Program-made: the position numbers and the translations under genes
In this document: in pieces, positions 9,029 to 17,445 of the stretch
How positions within the stretch are numbered: the first letter of the stretch is position 1
How the letters are laid out: each line of letters opens with the position of its first letter
Assembly (NCBI GenBank): GCA_964541395.1
Contig: CAZIPM010000001.1
Location: forward strand, 3,833-67,832
Direction of reading: 5' to 3'
Length of the DNA stretch: 64,000 bases
From: an uncultured Gammaproteobacteria bacterium
GTDB taxonomy: Bacteria; Patescibacteriota; Microgenomatia; UBA8517
The notes under the pieces: model-generated
The model's input: the letters and a program-made list of their open reading frames with translations, nothing else
Database searches by the model: none
What the model was told of the DNA's origin: nothing

Positions 9029-9637
9029 TTAAAGTGTGTTTGTACCTCCTGTAACGTCAAGAGTAGACGTGCTATCTGCACTATCGGTTGTTATACCGAC
9101 ATTTCCGCCACCGGTATTGTCTTTAACTTTATTTCTTCCAGTCCTAGATTTTGCTTTAACTTTAGCAAAAACTCCAGTAAAAGATTCCTGCTCAATAGTT
9201 GAGCTGGATGATTTATTAACCGTTACCTTATTGGTGGATTTTTTTGCGTTACCAGAAATATCAACAGTGCTTCCGTTTGGTTCACTGTTTGGTTGGCAGC
9301 AACATGGATTTGACATGTTATTGCTTCCGCCAGTAACTGTCAGAGATGCATTCGATGTGGCACTTCCAGTATCGATTGTTTTATCTCCTGCTCCTGTATT
9401 TCCAGATACTATATTTCCACCAGTTGATGATGTTGCAGATACGCTGGCTAGAACCAATGTATTTGTTTCTTGCTCAACTGTACAATCGCTAGTGTTATTG
9501 TAAATAATAGTGTTTGTTGATTTTTTAGCGTTACCTGTGATTGTCAGATTCTCGGCAAATACTGATGGAGCAAACGATCCAAATAATATCGCAGCTGTTG
9601 ATACCGCAACAGAAACTTTATATGCTAGTTTATTCAT
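9029..9637 (-). CDS. secreted repeat protein (two modules), paralog of the 3564 family
   Basis: Signal peptide MNKLAYKVSVAVSTAAILFGSFAPSVFA, similar to the 3564 N-terminus. Modules ITGNAKKSTN...STGGNIVSGNTGAGDKTIDTGSA. A CCC motif (NPCCCQPN). A strong SD, aggaggtg, on the minus strand. Confidence 0.65.
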   Translation of the reverse strand: MNKLAYKVSVAVSTAAILFGSFAPSVFAENLTITGNAKKSTNTIIYNNTSDCTVEQETNTLVLASVSATSSTGGNIVSGNTGAGDKTIDTGSATSNASLTVTGGSNNMSNPCCCQPNSEPNGSTVDISGNAKKSTNKVTVNKSSSSTIEQESFTGVFAKVKAKSRTGRNKVKDNTGGGNVGITTDSADSTSTLDVTGGTNTL

Positions 9638-9942
9638 TTAATTATCACCTCCTTTCTAATTTAAAATAAATTATTGATTTAGATTCATGAAAATGGAGAT
9701 TTAATCGAATGAAGTTATGAAATGATCTTAAACTAATTGTATTACTCATATAATGCCTCCGGTGGCGGTCAGCAAAATGTATCCAATAGTTTATCAAGTT
9801 ATTACACTATAGTGTCAACTGTATCTTTCACAATATTTTTAGTAACTAAATGTGTCAATAATATAAAAGCTAGGTTATCAAAAAAAGTAAGATAAATAGG
9901 TAATGATTGTAAATCACATTGTAAAATAATATGATGATATAA

Positions 9943-10932
9943 ATGATAATGATTCAGCAACTTTTACATTTATTATTGCCTCGGGAAAGTAATAATCATA
10001 AGGCAAAACTTCTGCATACAAGTAGTTTTCTAATAATTTCAGTACTATTGGTTATCAGTCAGGCAGTTTTATCAATTCTACCGAAACTTGGACCGTCAAT
10101 TTTGGGCTACACCGCCAATATATCACCGGAGGAAGTTGTACGCCTAACCAATGAGAAAAGGATTGCTGCAGGGCTTTCTACCCTTACATATAATAGTACT
10201 CTTGCAGGAGCAGCTTACAGCAAAGGGATGGATATGATAAACAGGGATTATTGGGCACATGTTGCTCCGGACGGAACACAGCCCTGGAAGTTTTTTTCTG
10301 ATTTCGGTTATAGGTACCGGTATGCCGGGGAAAACTTAGCCCGTGATTTTACCAATGCGCCAGCGGCTGTTGATGCCTGGATGAATTCACCGACACATAG
10401 GGACAATATATTGAATTCCAAGTATAAAGAAATTGGAATAGGTGTGGTTGAGGGAGATTTGGCAGGTGTTGATACCACGATAATAGTACAATTCTTCGGT
10501 TCCACCTATCAGGATAAGATAATCCAGCCTGTTGCCCAGGCTGAAAATACCGAAAATTCGCCTACTCTAAAACCTGTTGTAAGTTCGGAGCCTATTCTTC
10601 AGGTAACTCCAGTTGCAACTTTGACTCCACTTGTAGTTGTATCCCCAAGTCCATTTGCTGCACCGACAACTTTTACTCAAGTCTTGCAGGCAGATAAATC
10701 AGACACAGGGGGATTTGGCAAAGAACAGAAAGTGTTGATATCACCATTTACTACCACAAAAACAATATCTCTGGCAGTAGTCGGTCTTCTGGTGGTGGTA
10801 TTTTTGATTGACGGAGTATTAGTCAGCAGGCGAAAGATAGCCAGGATAGGGGGCAGGACGGTAGCCCACCTTGCATTTTTTGGGATGATTCTAACTATAG
10901 TACTTATTTTAAAGTCAGGAAAAATACTTTAA
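9943..10932 (+). CDS. CAP/SCP/PR-1 (YkwD-like) domain protein with N- and C-terminal hydrophobic segments
   Basis: ...SPEEVVRLTNEKRIAAGLSTL...WAHVAPDG...GENLAR...AWMNSPTHRDNIL...IGIGVV matches the bacterial CAP-domain signature. The C-terminus has hydrophobic stretches plus SRRK. The exact start is uncertain. Confidence 0.7.
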   Translation: MIMIQQLLHLLLPRESNNHKAKLLHTSSFLIISVLLVISQAVLSILPKLGPSILGYTANISPEEVVRLTNEKRIAAGLSTLTYNSTLAGAAYSKGMDMINRDYWAHVAPDGTQPWKFFSDFGYRYRYAGENLARDFTNAPAAVDAWMNSPTHRDNILNSKYKEIGIGVVEGDLAGVDTTIIVQFFGSTYQDKIIQPVAQAENTENSPTLKPVVSSEPILQVTPVATLTPLVVVSPSPFAAPTTFTQVLQADKSDTGGFGKEQKVLISPFTTTKTISLAVVGLLVVVFLIDGVLVSRRKIARIGGRTVAHLAFFGMILTIVLILKSGKIL

Positions 10933-10952
10933 AAAAATAAAGGATTAACAAT

Positions 10953-11216
10953 ATGAAAAAAATAGCTAAACACTTACCGCACTATATTAGCCTGATAGGT
11001 ATCTTGGTAGCCTCAATTTTTGCCTTTATACTTTTTTCATATGACCAAGTTTTTTTACTGGGAATTGCAGTTGCCACTTCAACTTCTTATTTTTCTTGGG
11101 GAATAATTCACCATTTACTGCATGGAGATTTAAATTTTAGTGTGGTTTTAGAATATATGGCGATTTCGGTTCTCGGAGCTGTCCTTCTGATTTCATTGCT
11201 TTTTAGAGCTGTATAA
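10953..11216 (+). CDS. small integral membrane protein (2-3 TM), hypothetical
   Basis: 87-aa hydrophobic ORF directly downstream of the CAP gene. Confidence 0.35.
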   Translation: MKKIAKHLPHYISLIGILVASIFAFILFSYDQVFLLGIAVATSTSYFSWGIIHHLLHGDLNFSVVLEYMAISVLGAVLLISLLFRAV

Positions 11217-11275
11217 GGGTATAATTTCAGGTGCTTTGGGATTAGTATAGTCGAAAGACAAAGTATTTAATTATT

Positions 11276-12169
11276 ATGAAAAAAGTCAGAAAGGCAGTCA
11301 TACCAGCAGCTGGTTTTGGTACGCGCTTTTTACCCCAGACCAAGGCTATGCCCAAAGAAATGCTCCCCATTGTCGATAAACCGGTTATTCAATATGTGGT
11401 TGAAGAATTGGTAGATGCAGGTATAAAAGATATTTTTATAGTCACCGGTTACCACAAAAGGGGAATTGAGGACCATTTCGACGCTCCAAACCTGGATCTG
11501 ATTGAAAATCTTAGAATGGGTGGTGAGAAGAAAAAACACTTATTGGAGGAAGTTGAAAAGATCTCCAATATGGCCAACTTTGTCTATGTCAGACAAAAAG
11601 GACCGTATGGAAACGGAACTCCTCTTTTAAATGTTAAGCATCTCATAGGTGACGAACCCTTTATTTATACCTGGAGCGATGATTTTATTGTGTCTGAGCC
11701 AAATAGGTTTAAGCAATTAATAGCTGCATATGAAAAATACGGTGTCAGTTGTCTGGCAGGGTTAAGAGTCAAAAATGATGAAGACTATAGCCGTTATGGT
11801 TTTGCCGGTGGAGAGGAAATTGAACCGGGAATCATTGATTCGAAAGTGATTATAGAGAAACCAGGTAAAGAAAATGCACCATCAGACTTAGCTACAGTAT
11901 CCGGTTATTTATTTACTCCGGATATTTTTAATTATTTGGATGAAGTTTTGAAAAATCTGCAGGAAGGGGATGAGTTTTACTACAATGATGCCCTTAAGCT
12001 GATGCTGAAGGATCACAAGAAAGTTTTGGCTGTGGAGATAAAAGACGGAAAATACTACGATACAGGCAATAAAATGGAATATCTTAAAACAGTAGTCGAA
12101 TTTGCCTTAAAACATAAAAGTTTAAACGGAGAGTTTAAAAAATATTTGGCTTCACTTGATCTGTCATAA
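11276..12169 (+). CDS. galU: UTP--glucose-1-phosphate uridylyltransferase
   Basis: N-terminus KAVIPAAGFGTRFLPQTKAMPKEMLPIVDKPVIQYVVEE is near-identical to the GalU consensus. Confidence 0.9.
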   Translation: MKKVRKAVIPAAGFGTRFLPQTKAMPKEMLPIVDKPVIQYVVEELVDAGIKDIFIVTGYHKRGIEDHFDAPNLDLIENLRMGGEKKKHLLEEVEKISNMANFVYVRQKGPYGNGTPLLNVKHLIGDEPFIYTWSDDFIVSEPNRFKQLIAAYEKYGVSCLAGLRVKNDEDYSRYGFAGGEEIEPGIIDSKVIIEKPGKENAPSDLATVSGYLFTPDIFNYLDEVLKNLQEGDEFYYNDALKLMLKDHKKVLAVEIKDGKYYDTGNKMEYLKTVVEFALKHKSLNGEFKKYLASLDLS

Positions 12170-12193
12170 TATTATATTAATCCAGTCCTTCTG

Positions 12194-12223
12194 TTGCCGA
12201 TAAATACATTTAACCTGTATAAT
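12194..12223 (+). promoter_or_regulatory. candidate sigma70-like promoter for rfbB (TTGCCG-N18-TATAAT, TG immediately upstream of the -10)
   Basis: Read directly from the sequence. Only about 14 nt separate the -10 from the ATG and there is no SD, so the transcript may be leaderless or short-leader. Confidence 0.3.
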
Positions 12224-12237
12224 ACAAAGCGCTTACT

Positions 12238-15219
12238 ATGAAAGTACTCATTACCGGTGGAGCAGGATTTATAGGGTCAAACTTCATTTACTATTGGTTA
12301 AAAAACCACCCCAAAGATAAAATACGAGTTTTAGATGCTTTGACGTTTGCCGGTAATAAAGATAATTTAAAACCTGTTCTTAAAAAATTAGAATTTATTG
12401 AAGGAGATATAACCAATAGGGATCAGGTAAAATCTGCAATGAAAGGTATTGATACTGTTGTCCATTTTGCCGCAGAAAGCCATGTGGACAGATCAATTTT
12501 TGAACCCGGCAAGTTTTGGAAGACCAATGTAGAAGGTACAAGAATTTTACTCGAAGAAGCTCATTATGCAAAAATACCAAGATTCCATCATGTGTCCTGC
12601 TATGACACGCAAACCAGGGCATTTACAAAAGAAGGTCTCAAAACTTATGATCAGATGAAAATTGGAGATTTGGTATTAAGCATTAATCTAAAGACTCAAG
12701 ATGTTGAATGGAAACCGGTTGAAAAGGTCATCATTCAGGACTACAAAGGAAAAATGATTCGGATGAAAAGTAAAGTTGTTGACTTTTTTGTGACTCCAAA
12801 TCACAGGATGCTTGTTCAGGCAAAAAGAAGCAGGGATTTATCTTTTAAGGATGCAAATTTTGTAAAAGATCAGGCTAGGAATTTCCTTCCTTATTACTAC
12901 CAGTGGAAAGGCAAATCTTCCAAAATTATTAAACAATTCGGTACTTGCCAAAAAGAATTTATGTATCTGCTGGGAATTTTTATCGGTGACGGATTTACTG
13001 CATATCAGGAAAAAAAACAAATCAACAAAACAGGATTGTCAAAACAGATGTATTGTCAGTTAGCCAGAGACAGTATGGGTAGGTTTATGCAAGTCTGTCA
13101 GATTGGGGATCAAAAATATACGATATCAAAATCATGGAGGATATTTTTGGATATTCCTGAAAAGGATGAGTGTAGAACCATGTGTGAATCCGCACTAACA
13201 AGACTAGGTATAAATTGGCATGCCCACAAAGGTAAGGCGGGAACTCATTTGTATATGACCTCAAAAAAGTTATTTGATATTTTTTCTGATTGTGGGAAAT
13301 ATGCAAAAAATAAACAAATTCCCGATTGGGCAGTGGATGCGCCACTGGAACTGTTGATGAATTTATGGAATGGATTGATGGATTCGGACGGAAGCAATCA
13401 TCGGGTGTTTTTTACCATTTCGCCTAAACTAGCCTATCAGTTTATGGAGCTAAGCGTAAAACTTGGTTACACTCCCACATTGAGTAAGCGATACACAAAA
13501 TCAATTTATGAAGGTCGAAATATTGAAGGTTGGTCATATGTCATATCGGTCGGATCAAGGCAAAGGATTTTAAGGAAAGAAATTTCTGAGGAAGTTGATT
13601 ACGATGGGAAGATTTGGTGTCTTAAAGTCAAAAACAACAAAAATTTCTTAATTGAAAGAAATGGAAGAACCGCTTTCTGTGGAAATACCGATGAGGTTTA
13701 TGGTGAACTGCCTTTGGATTCTAACGAACGCTTTAGTGAAAAAACTCCATATGCTCCCAGACCAGACAATTTGTATGCAATCAGTAAAGCTGAAGCAGAT
13801 AGGGTGGTTAGGGAGTTCTACAAAAGTACGGGAATGTATTTGACCATTTCTAACTGCTCCAATAATTATGGTCCATTTCAATTTCCTGAAAAATTTGTAC
13901 CCATTCTGGTTACCAACTTGATCGACGGACTTAAAGCTCCCGTTCACGGAGATGGGAAAAATGTCAGAGATTGGATACACACGGATGATCACGCAAAGGC
14001 TGTTGATTTAATTTTGGAAAAAGGAAAAGCTGGTGAAACTTACTTGGTTGGGAGTAATGTAGATGTTGCCAATATATACATTGCAAAACATATAGTAAAT
14101 CTGTATGGCAAAGATGAAAGCTGGATCCGTTATGTCCCTGACAGACACAGTAATGACAGAAGGTATGCAATCGATTCAAGAAAAATAATTCAGGAACTTG
14201 GTTGGAAGCCGGCTATAACCCGAGACAATTTTGATGATGGTTTAATGGATACTATCTCCTGGTATAAAAAGAATAAAGATTGGTGGAAGCCGCTTCTTTC
14301 CAGACAAACAGTAGTAGTTGACGGTGACAGTAAAATTTATGCATTTATAGAAATTGATAGGGAGTTAGGTAAAACCAAATTTAATTATGGTGAACCTGAA
14401 GAACACAACAAAGTTTCTAAACTTGCCGAAAAGATGATGGAGGAAGATCCCAGGAAAATATCTCTAATTAAAAAGAAAATCAAAAGTCACTATTGGTTTA
14501 AAAATTCTAAACCTGCTATACAAGACTCACTATTGGAACTTATTAAAATATCCAGAACATCAGGGTTTATTGAAGATCTGGCCAACAGACCGGAGGTTGT
14601 TGGTGGGTACACACAAAATAAAGTAGTTAAATTTGAACATTCACCAGACAAAAAACAAATCTATGGTGTAGCTATCTGGTTTGAAGTTGAAAACACTAAA
14701 GGTGAGAAACACATAGAAGGCTTTTATTCATGGGCTATGGGGGTTAAATCGGGAGCCAAAATGTTGGTTTTAATCCGTTACAAAAACGAAATAACCCATT
14801 TAGCCCTGACTAAGGAACAAAAATTTGCAATAGGTTCAGAAATCTACAATATGCCGGGAGGATTTCCAAAAATAAATGAAAGTGTTTTTGATTTGATACA
14901 CAGAAAACTTGAAGATGATTTGGGAGTGGATGTTAAAGACGGACATATTAAAGTCGGTGATATCATAGGTTTGGGTAGGATCATGCCTGATCCAGGTATG
15001 ACCAATAACCATCCATTTCTTTATGCCATAGTTTTAGATCTGACTGAAAACATCTTTCCCCCAATTAGAATCGGAGAGGTCTATGAAACAGGGGGAAAAT
15101 TGGTACTATGGCCTATTGAGAGATTATCTGAGCTGGTAAATAAAGTAGACGACTCATATTTCCTATCCTCACTTACAAGACTAATGCTTTCAGGGGTTAC
15201 TAGTCTAAAGTTAAATTAA
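12238..15219 (+). CDS. rfbB: dTDP-glucose 4,6-dehydratase interrupted by an intein, with a C-terminal Nudix-hydrolase-like domain fused
   Basis: Extein N: MKVLITGGAGFIGSNF...RFHHVS. Extein C: TDEVYGELPLD...YAPRPDNLYAISKAEAD...NYGPFQFPEKFVPI... (RmlB signatures). After about residue 700 comes an extra 300-aa domain with a degenerate Nudix box, PGGFPKINESVFDLIHRKLEDDLGV. Confidence 0.85.
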   Translation: MKVLITGGAGFIGSNFIYYWLKNHPKDKIRVLDALTFAGNKDNLKPVLKKLEFIEGDITNRDQVKSAMKGIDTVVHFAAESHVDRSIFEPGKFWKTNVEGTRILLEEAHYAKIPRFHHVSCYDTQTRAFTKEGLKTYDQMKIGDLVLSINLKTQDVEWKPVEKVIIQDYKGKMIRMKSKVVDFFVTPNHRMLVQAKRSRDLSFKDANFVKDQARNFLPYYYQWKGKSSKIIKQFGTCQKEFMYLLGIFIGDGFTAYQEKKQINKTGLSKQMYCQLARDSMGRFMQVCQIGDQKYTISKSWRIFLDIPEKDECRTMCESALTRLGINWHAHKGKAGTHLYMTSKKLFDIFSDCGKYAKNKQIPDWAVDAPLELLMNLWNGLMDSDGSNHRVFFTISPKLAYQFMELSVKLGYTPTLSKRYTKSIYEGRNIEGWSYVISVGSRQRILRKEISEEVDYDGKIWCLKVKNNKNFLIERNGRTAFCGNTDEVYGELPLDSNERFSEKTPYAPRPDNLYAISKAEADRVVREFYKSTGMYLTISNCSNNYGPFQFPEKFVPILVTNLIDGLKAPVHGDGKNVRDWIHTDDHAKAVDLILEKGKAGETYLVGSNVDVANIYIAKHIVNLYGKDESWIRYVPDRHSNDRRYAIDSRKIIQELGWKPAITRDNFDDGLMDTISWYKKNKDWWKPLLSRQTVVVDGDSKIYAFIEIDRELGKTKFNYGEPEEHNKVSKLAEKMMEEDPRKISLIKKKIKSHYWFKNSKPAIQDSLLELIKISRTSGFIEDLANRPEVVGGYTQNKVVKFEHSPDKKQIYGVAIWFEVENTKGEKHIEGFYSWAMGVKSGAKMLVLIRYKNEITHLALTKEQKFAIGSEIYNMPGGFPKINESVFDLIHRKLEDDLGVDVKDGHIKVGDIIGLGRIMPDPGMTNNHPFLYAIVLDLTENIFPPIRIGEVYETGGKLVLWPIERLSELVNKVDDSYFLSSLTRLMLSGVTSLKLN
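12598..13686 (+). mobile_element. intein (363 aa) with a LAGLIDADG homing endonuclease, inserted between Ser and the catalytic Thr of the RmlB 'TDE' motif
   Basis: It begins with C (CYDTQTRAF, block A) and has block B VTPNH. Two LAGLIDADG motifs are present (LLGIFIGDGFT and LWNGLMDSDGSN). It ends ...NFLIERNGRTAFCGN followed by T(+1)DEVYG. The host motif FHHVS|TDEVYG is perfectly restored once the insert is removed. Confidence 0.8.
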
Positions 15220-15226
15220 TATATTT

Positions 15227-15553
15227 ATGGACGTTATAAAATTAGATGGTGAAAATGGAGAAAGAAGGCCTTGGAATGGTAATGTAGTCGTAGAGCTTTC
15301 TAAGATTATCTCAGACCTACGATCCAAAAACGTACCCACTAAAAAGATAGTCAAAGAATTAAATAAAGAAGATAAATGGCACCCTCAAGATGTAATGGTG
15401 GCATTTGCAAGCAATGGTATTCGTTCAATTGTAGAGCGGGATGGAGAGGAAGTTTTTTTCCATATAGATACTGTTGGCGGAGGGAATGTTAATGGTCCAC
15501 GCGAAGAGTTGTTAAAATTACCTTCAATCAAGTGGGAAACCTTCAAAGACTAG
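15227..15553 (+). CDS. hypothetical protein
   Basis: 108-aa ORF tightly following rfbB. No recognised motifs. Confidence 0.35.
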   Translation: MDVIKLDGENGERRPWNGNVVVELSKIISDLRSKNVPTKKIVKELNKEDKWHPQDVMVAFASNGIRSIVERDGEEVFFHIDTVGGGNVNGPREELLKLPSIKWETFKD

Positions 15554-15708
15554 ATACCCTGTAGTAATTGTTTGTTTAGCTTCAATTTGATATAATACAC
15601 CCAGGTTTGAAGTACTTTGAAAACCTAAAGAAAGAGGCATAAGGCGGTAGGATTGGACACCCTATTTGCGAACAGCCTAATATAGTCATCAGCTTTGAAA
15701 GGAAAAAA

Positions 15709-17088
15709 ATGAACATCCAAAGCATGAATGAACTACCAGAAAGCGTGTTAAAACGCCTTCCTCGGAGTGCAACATTTCCGATCAAGGGCAGTCAGCAGGC
15801 GCTGGTAGGCAGAATCGACTGGGCGAAACAGGTGATAACCCGCGCAGTCGTTACGACCGAATGGCAAAAGTCGGCCACATTCGAGGGACGAGTTCCCGAA
15901 GAGTTTATGGCCAGTTTGCCGAAAGATTTCACCTTCTCGGTAGATTCTCCCGAGGATCACTGGCAAATTCATCTGACGGGTCTGAACCCCAGAACTTTTG
16001 AGGTTGAAGATCTTAAGGTGATCCGCGATGATGCAAAGTTTTGGTACTACATCATGGCGGCAGAGAATCAAATGGCGGTGCAGGAATATGAGCTTGTTTT
16101 CGCGCGCGTGTGGGGCTATCTTGCTCCCATTTTGCGCATCCGCGAAGGCTCTGCACAGCCGATGACTGGTCGAAGGTTAATTACCGTTGAAACAGCAGGA
16201 CCGGGTGGATACATTGGTGCTGTAGTGCCGAGCCTCCAACTGACTGATCAGTGGAGACTGCTGGTGCAAAAAGCAAACAATGTCTCTCCAGACCTGACAG
16301 CAATCCCAACGATGCGGTCAGTGCGCTTCTCCGTCCAAAATCCGGACAGACCTCAACCTAGGGAAAAAGCCATGGGCTTCTCCTTGTATGAGGTGGATTT
16401 GTTCCCCGAGCTAATCGCTTCGGGAGCAGCGGAGGAAAAAGGCAGAGTAAAGAATAACTTCTATTGGTGCTTGCCGGATTTTGAAGCACCGGAAGGACAG
16501 TCTTTCATGCCTCTGGGAGACTACCTTCGATACTCAGACGGCCCAGGAATGGCAGCGCTTTATCAGGCCATTGTTTTCCTGTTTCGTGCAATCGTGGGTG
16601 GTGAGCTCCCCGGCCAGCGTGATGAGGTAGCAAATTTCCCAGTTGACCCGAAAGAGTCATATGGGACGCCGATTCGCGTTGGTATTATTCGTCACAGAAA
16701 AGTGACCTTCGTGGTTTGCAAGACCAAAAACCAAGGTCGCTTCCGGCGGAGTGGCGAAACACTAGCAGCATCACAAGTTGCATGTGAGTTTGATCCGTCA
16801 ACACTTCCTGTCCCACCCAGGAAGGTTCACAAGTTTTGGGCAATCAACCCAAATAACCAGCGTCACACTGGTACAAACACCGCCGCAGGTCTCTATCCTG
16901 TGGAGGTCTATGAGTACCATAGCTGGGAAGTGGACAAAGGGGAACTGGAAATGGTGAACTTGTGCGATTTCGCACGATCTGGCGATGCCAGAGCACAAGC
17001 AGCACTACTTCAGTGGATCTGGTGGGTGTATCCAGGATTTGCAACTTTGAATCCGGATACTGACAGTATTCCTTCGTCCGAGGAATAG
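15709..17088 (+). CDS. hypothetical protein encoded in a GC-rich (about 50%) compositional island; likely horizontally acquired
   Basis: A long uninterrupted 459-aa ORF whose codon usage and GC are strikingly different from the about 33% GC surroundings. I recognise no family. Flanked by hairpins. Confidence 0.55.
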   Translation: MNIQSMNELPESVLKRLPRSATFPIKGSQQALVGRIDWAKQVITRAVVTTEWQKSATFEGRVPEEFMASLPKDFTFSVDSPEDHWQIHLTGLNPRTFEVEDLKVIRDDAKFWYYIMAAENQMAVQEYELVFARVWGYLAPILRIREGSAQPMTGRRLITVETAGPGGYIGAVVPSLQLTDQWRLLVQKANNVSPDLTAIPTMRSVRFSVQNPDRPQPREKAMGFSLYEVDLFPELIASGAAEEKGRVKNNFYWCLPDFEAPEGQSFMPLGDYLRYSDGPGMAALYQAIVFLFRAIVGGELPGQRDEVANFPVDPKESYGTPIRVGIIRHRKVTFVVCKTKNQGRFRRSGETLAASQVACEFDPSTLPVPPRKVHKFWAINPNNQRHTGTNTAAGLYPVEVYEYHSWEVDKGELEMVNLCDFARSGDARAQAALLQWIWWVYPGFATLNPDTDSIPSSEE

Positions 17089-17445
17089 AAAATACTGTCT
17101 AGTACTTCAGACTTAACACTTTGTTCTATACACCCCGAATTTGGGAAATATTATAAACCCTGTTCGGGGTGTATGAAGTGAAGGTAAGTGTTTGCCACAG
17201 TTTCCAATGCGGAAACTGATTGAGGCGAGCGCTAGCCTTTAAATTTGAATCGGGTGCTTATTGTATAGCATTCGAAAGGATAGATGGAATGCTTCCATCT
17301 GGGACTTCCGGGGAAATACCTGGAAACAAACCCAAAACCCTTTCGAAAAAATAAAAACAATAAGTACCCGCCCAAATATATGATTTTAAATCTTGTTGAA
17401 ATCATGTATTTGGGATGAATATGTTTATGCTATAATCAACTTAAC

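Noticed and set aside
12395-13992. Minus-strand ORFs inside rfbB and its intein (12395..12622, 12838..13020, 13085..13345, 13648..13992, 13964..14179), plus the plus-strand 13652..13843
   Set aside because: They are embedded in the intein/RmlB frame, which carries strong, ordered motifs. No independent evidence supports them.
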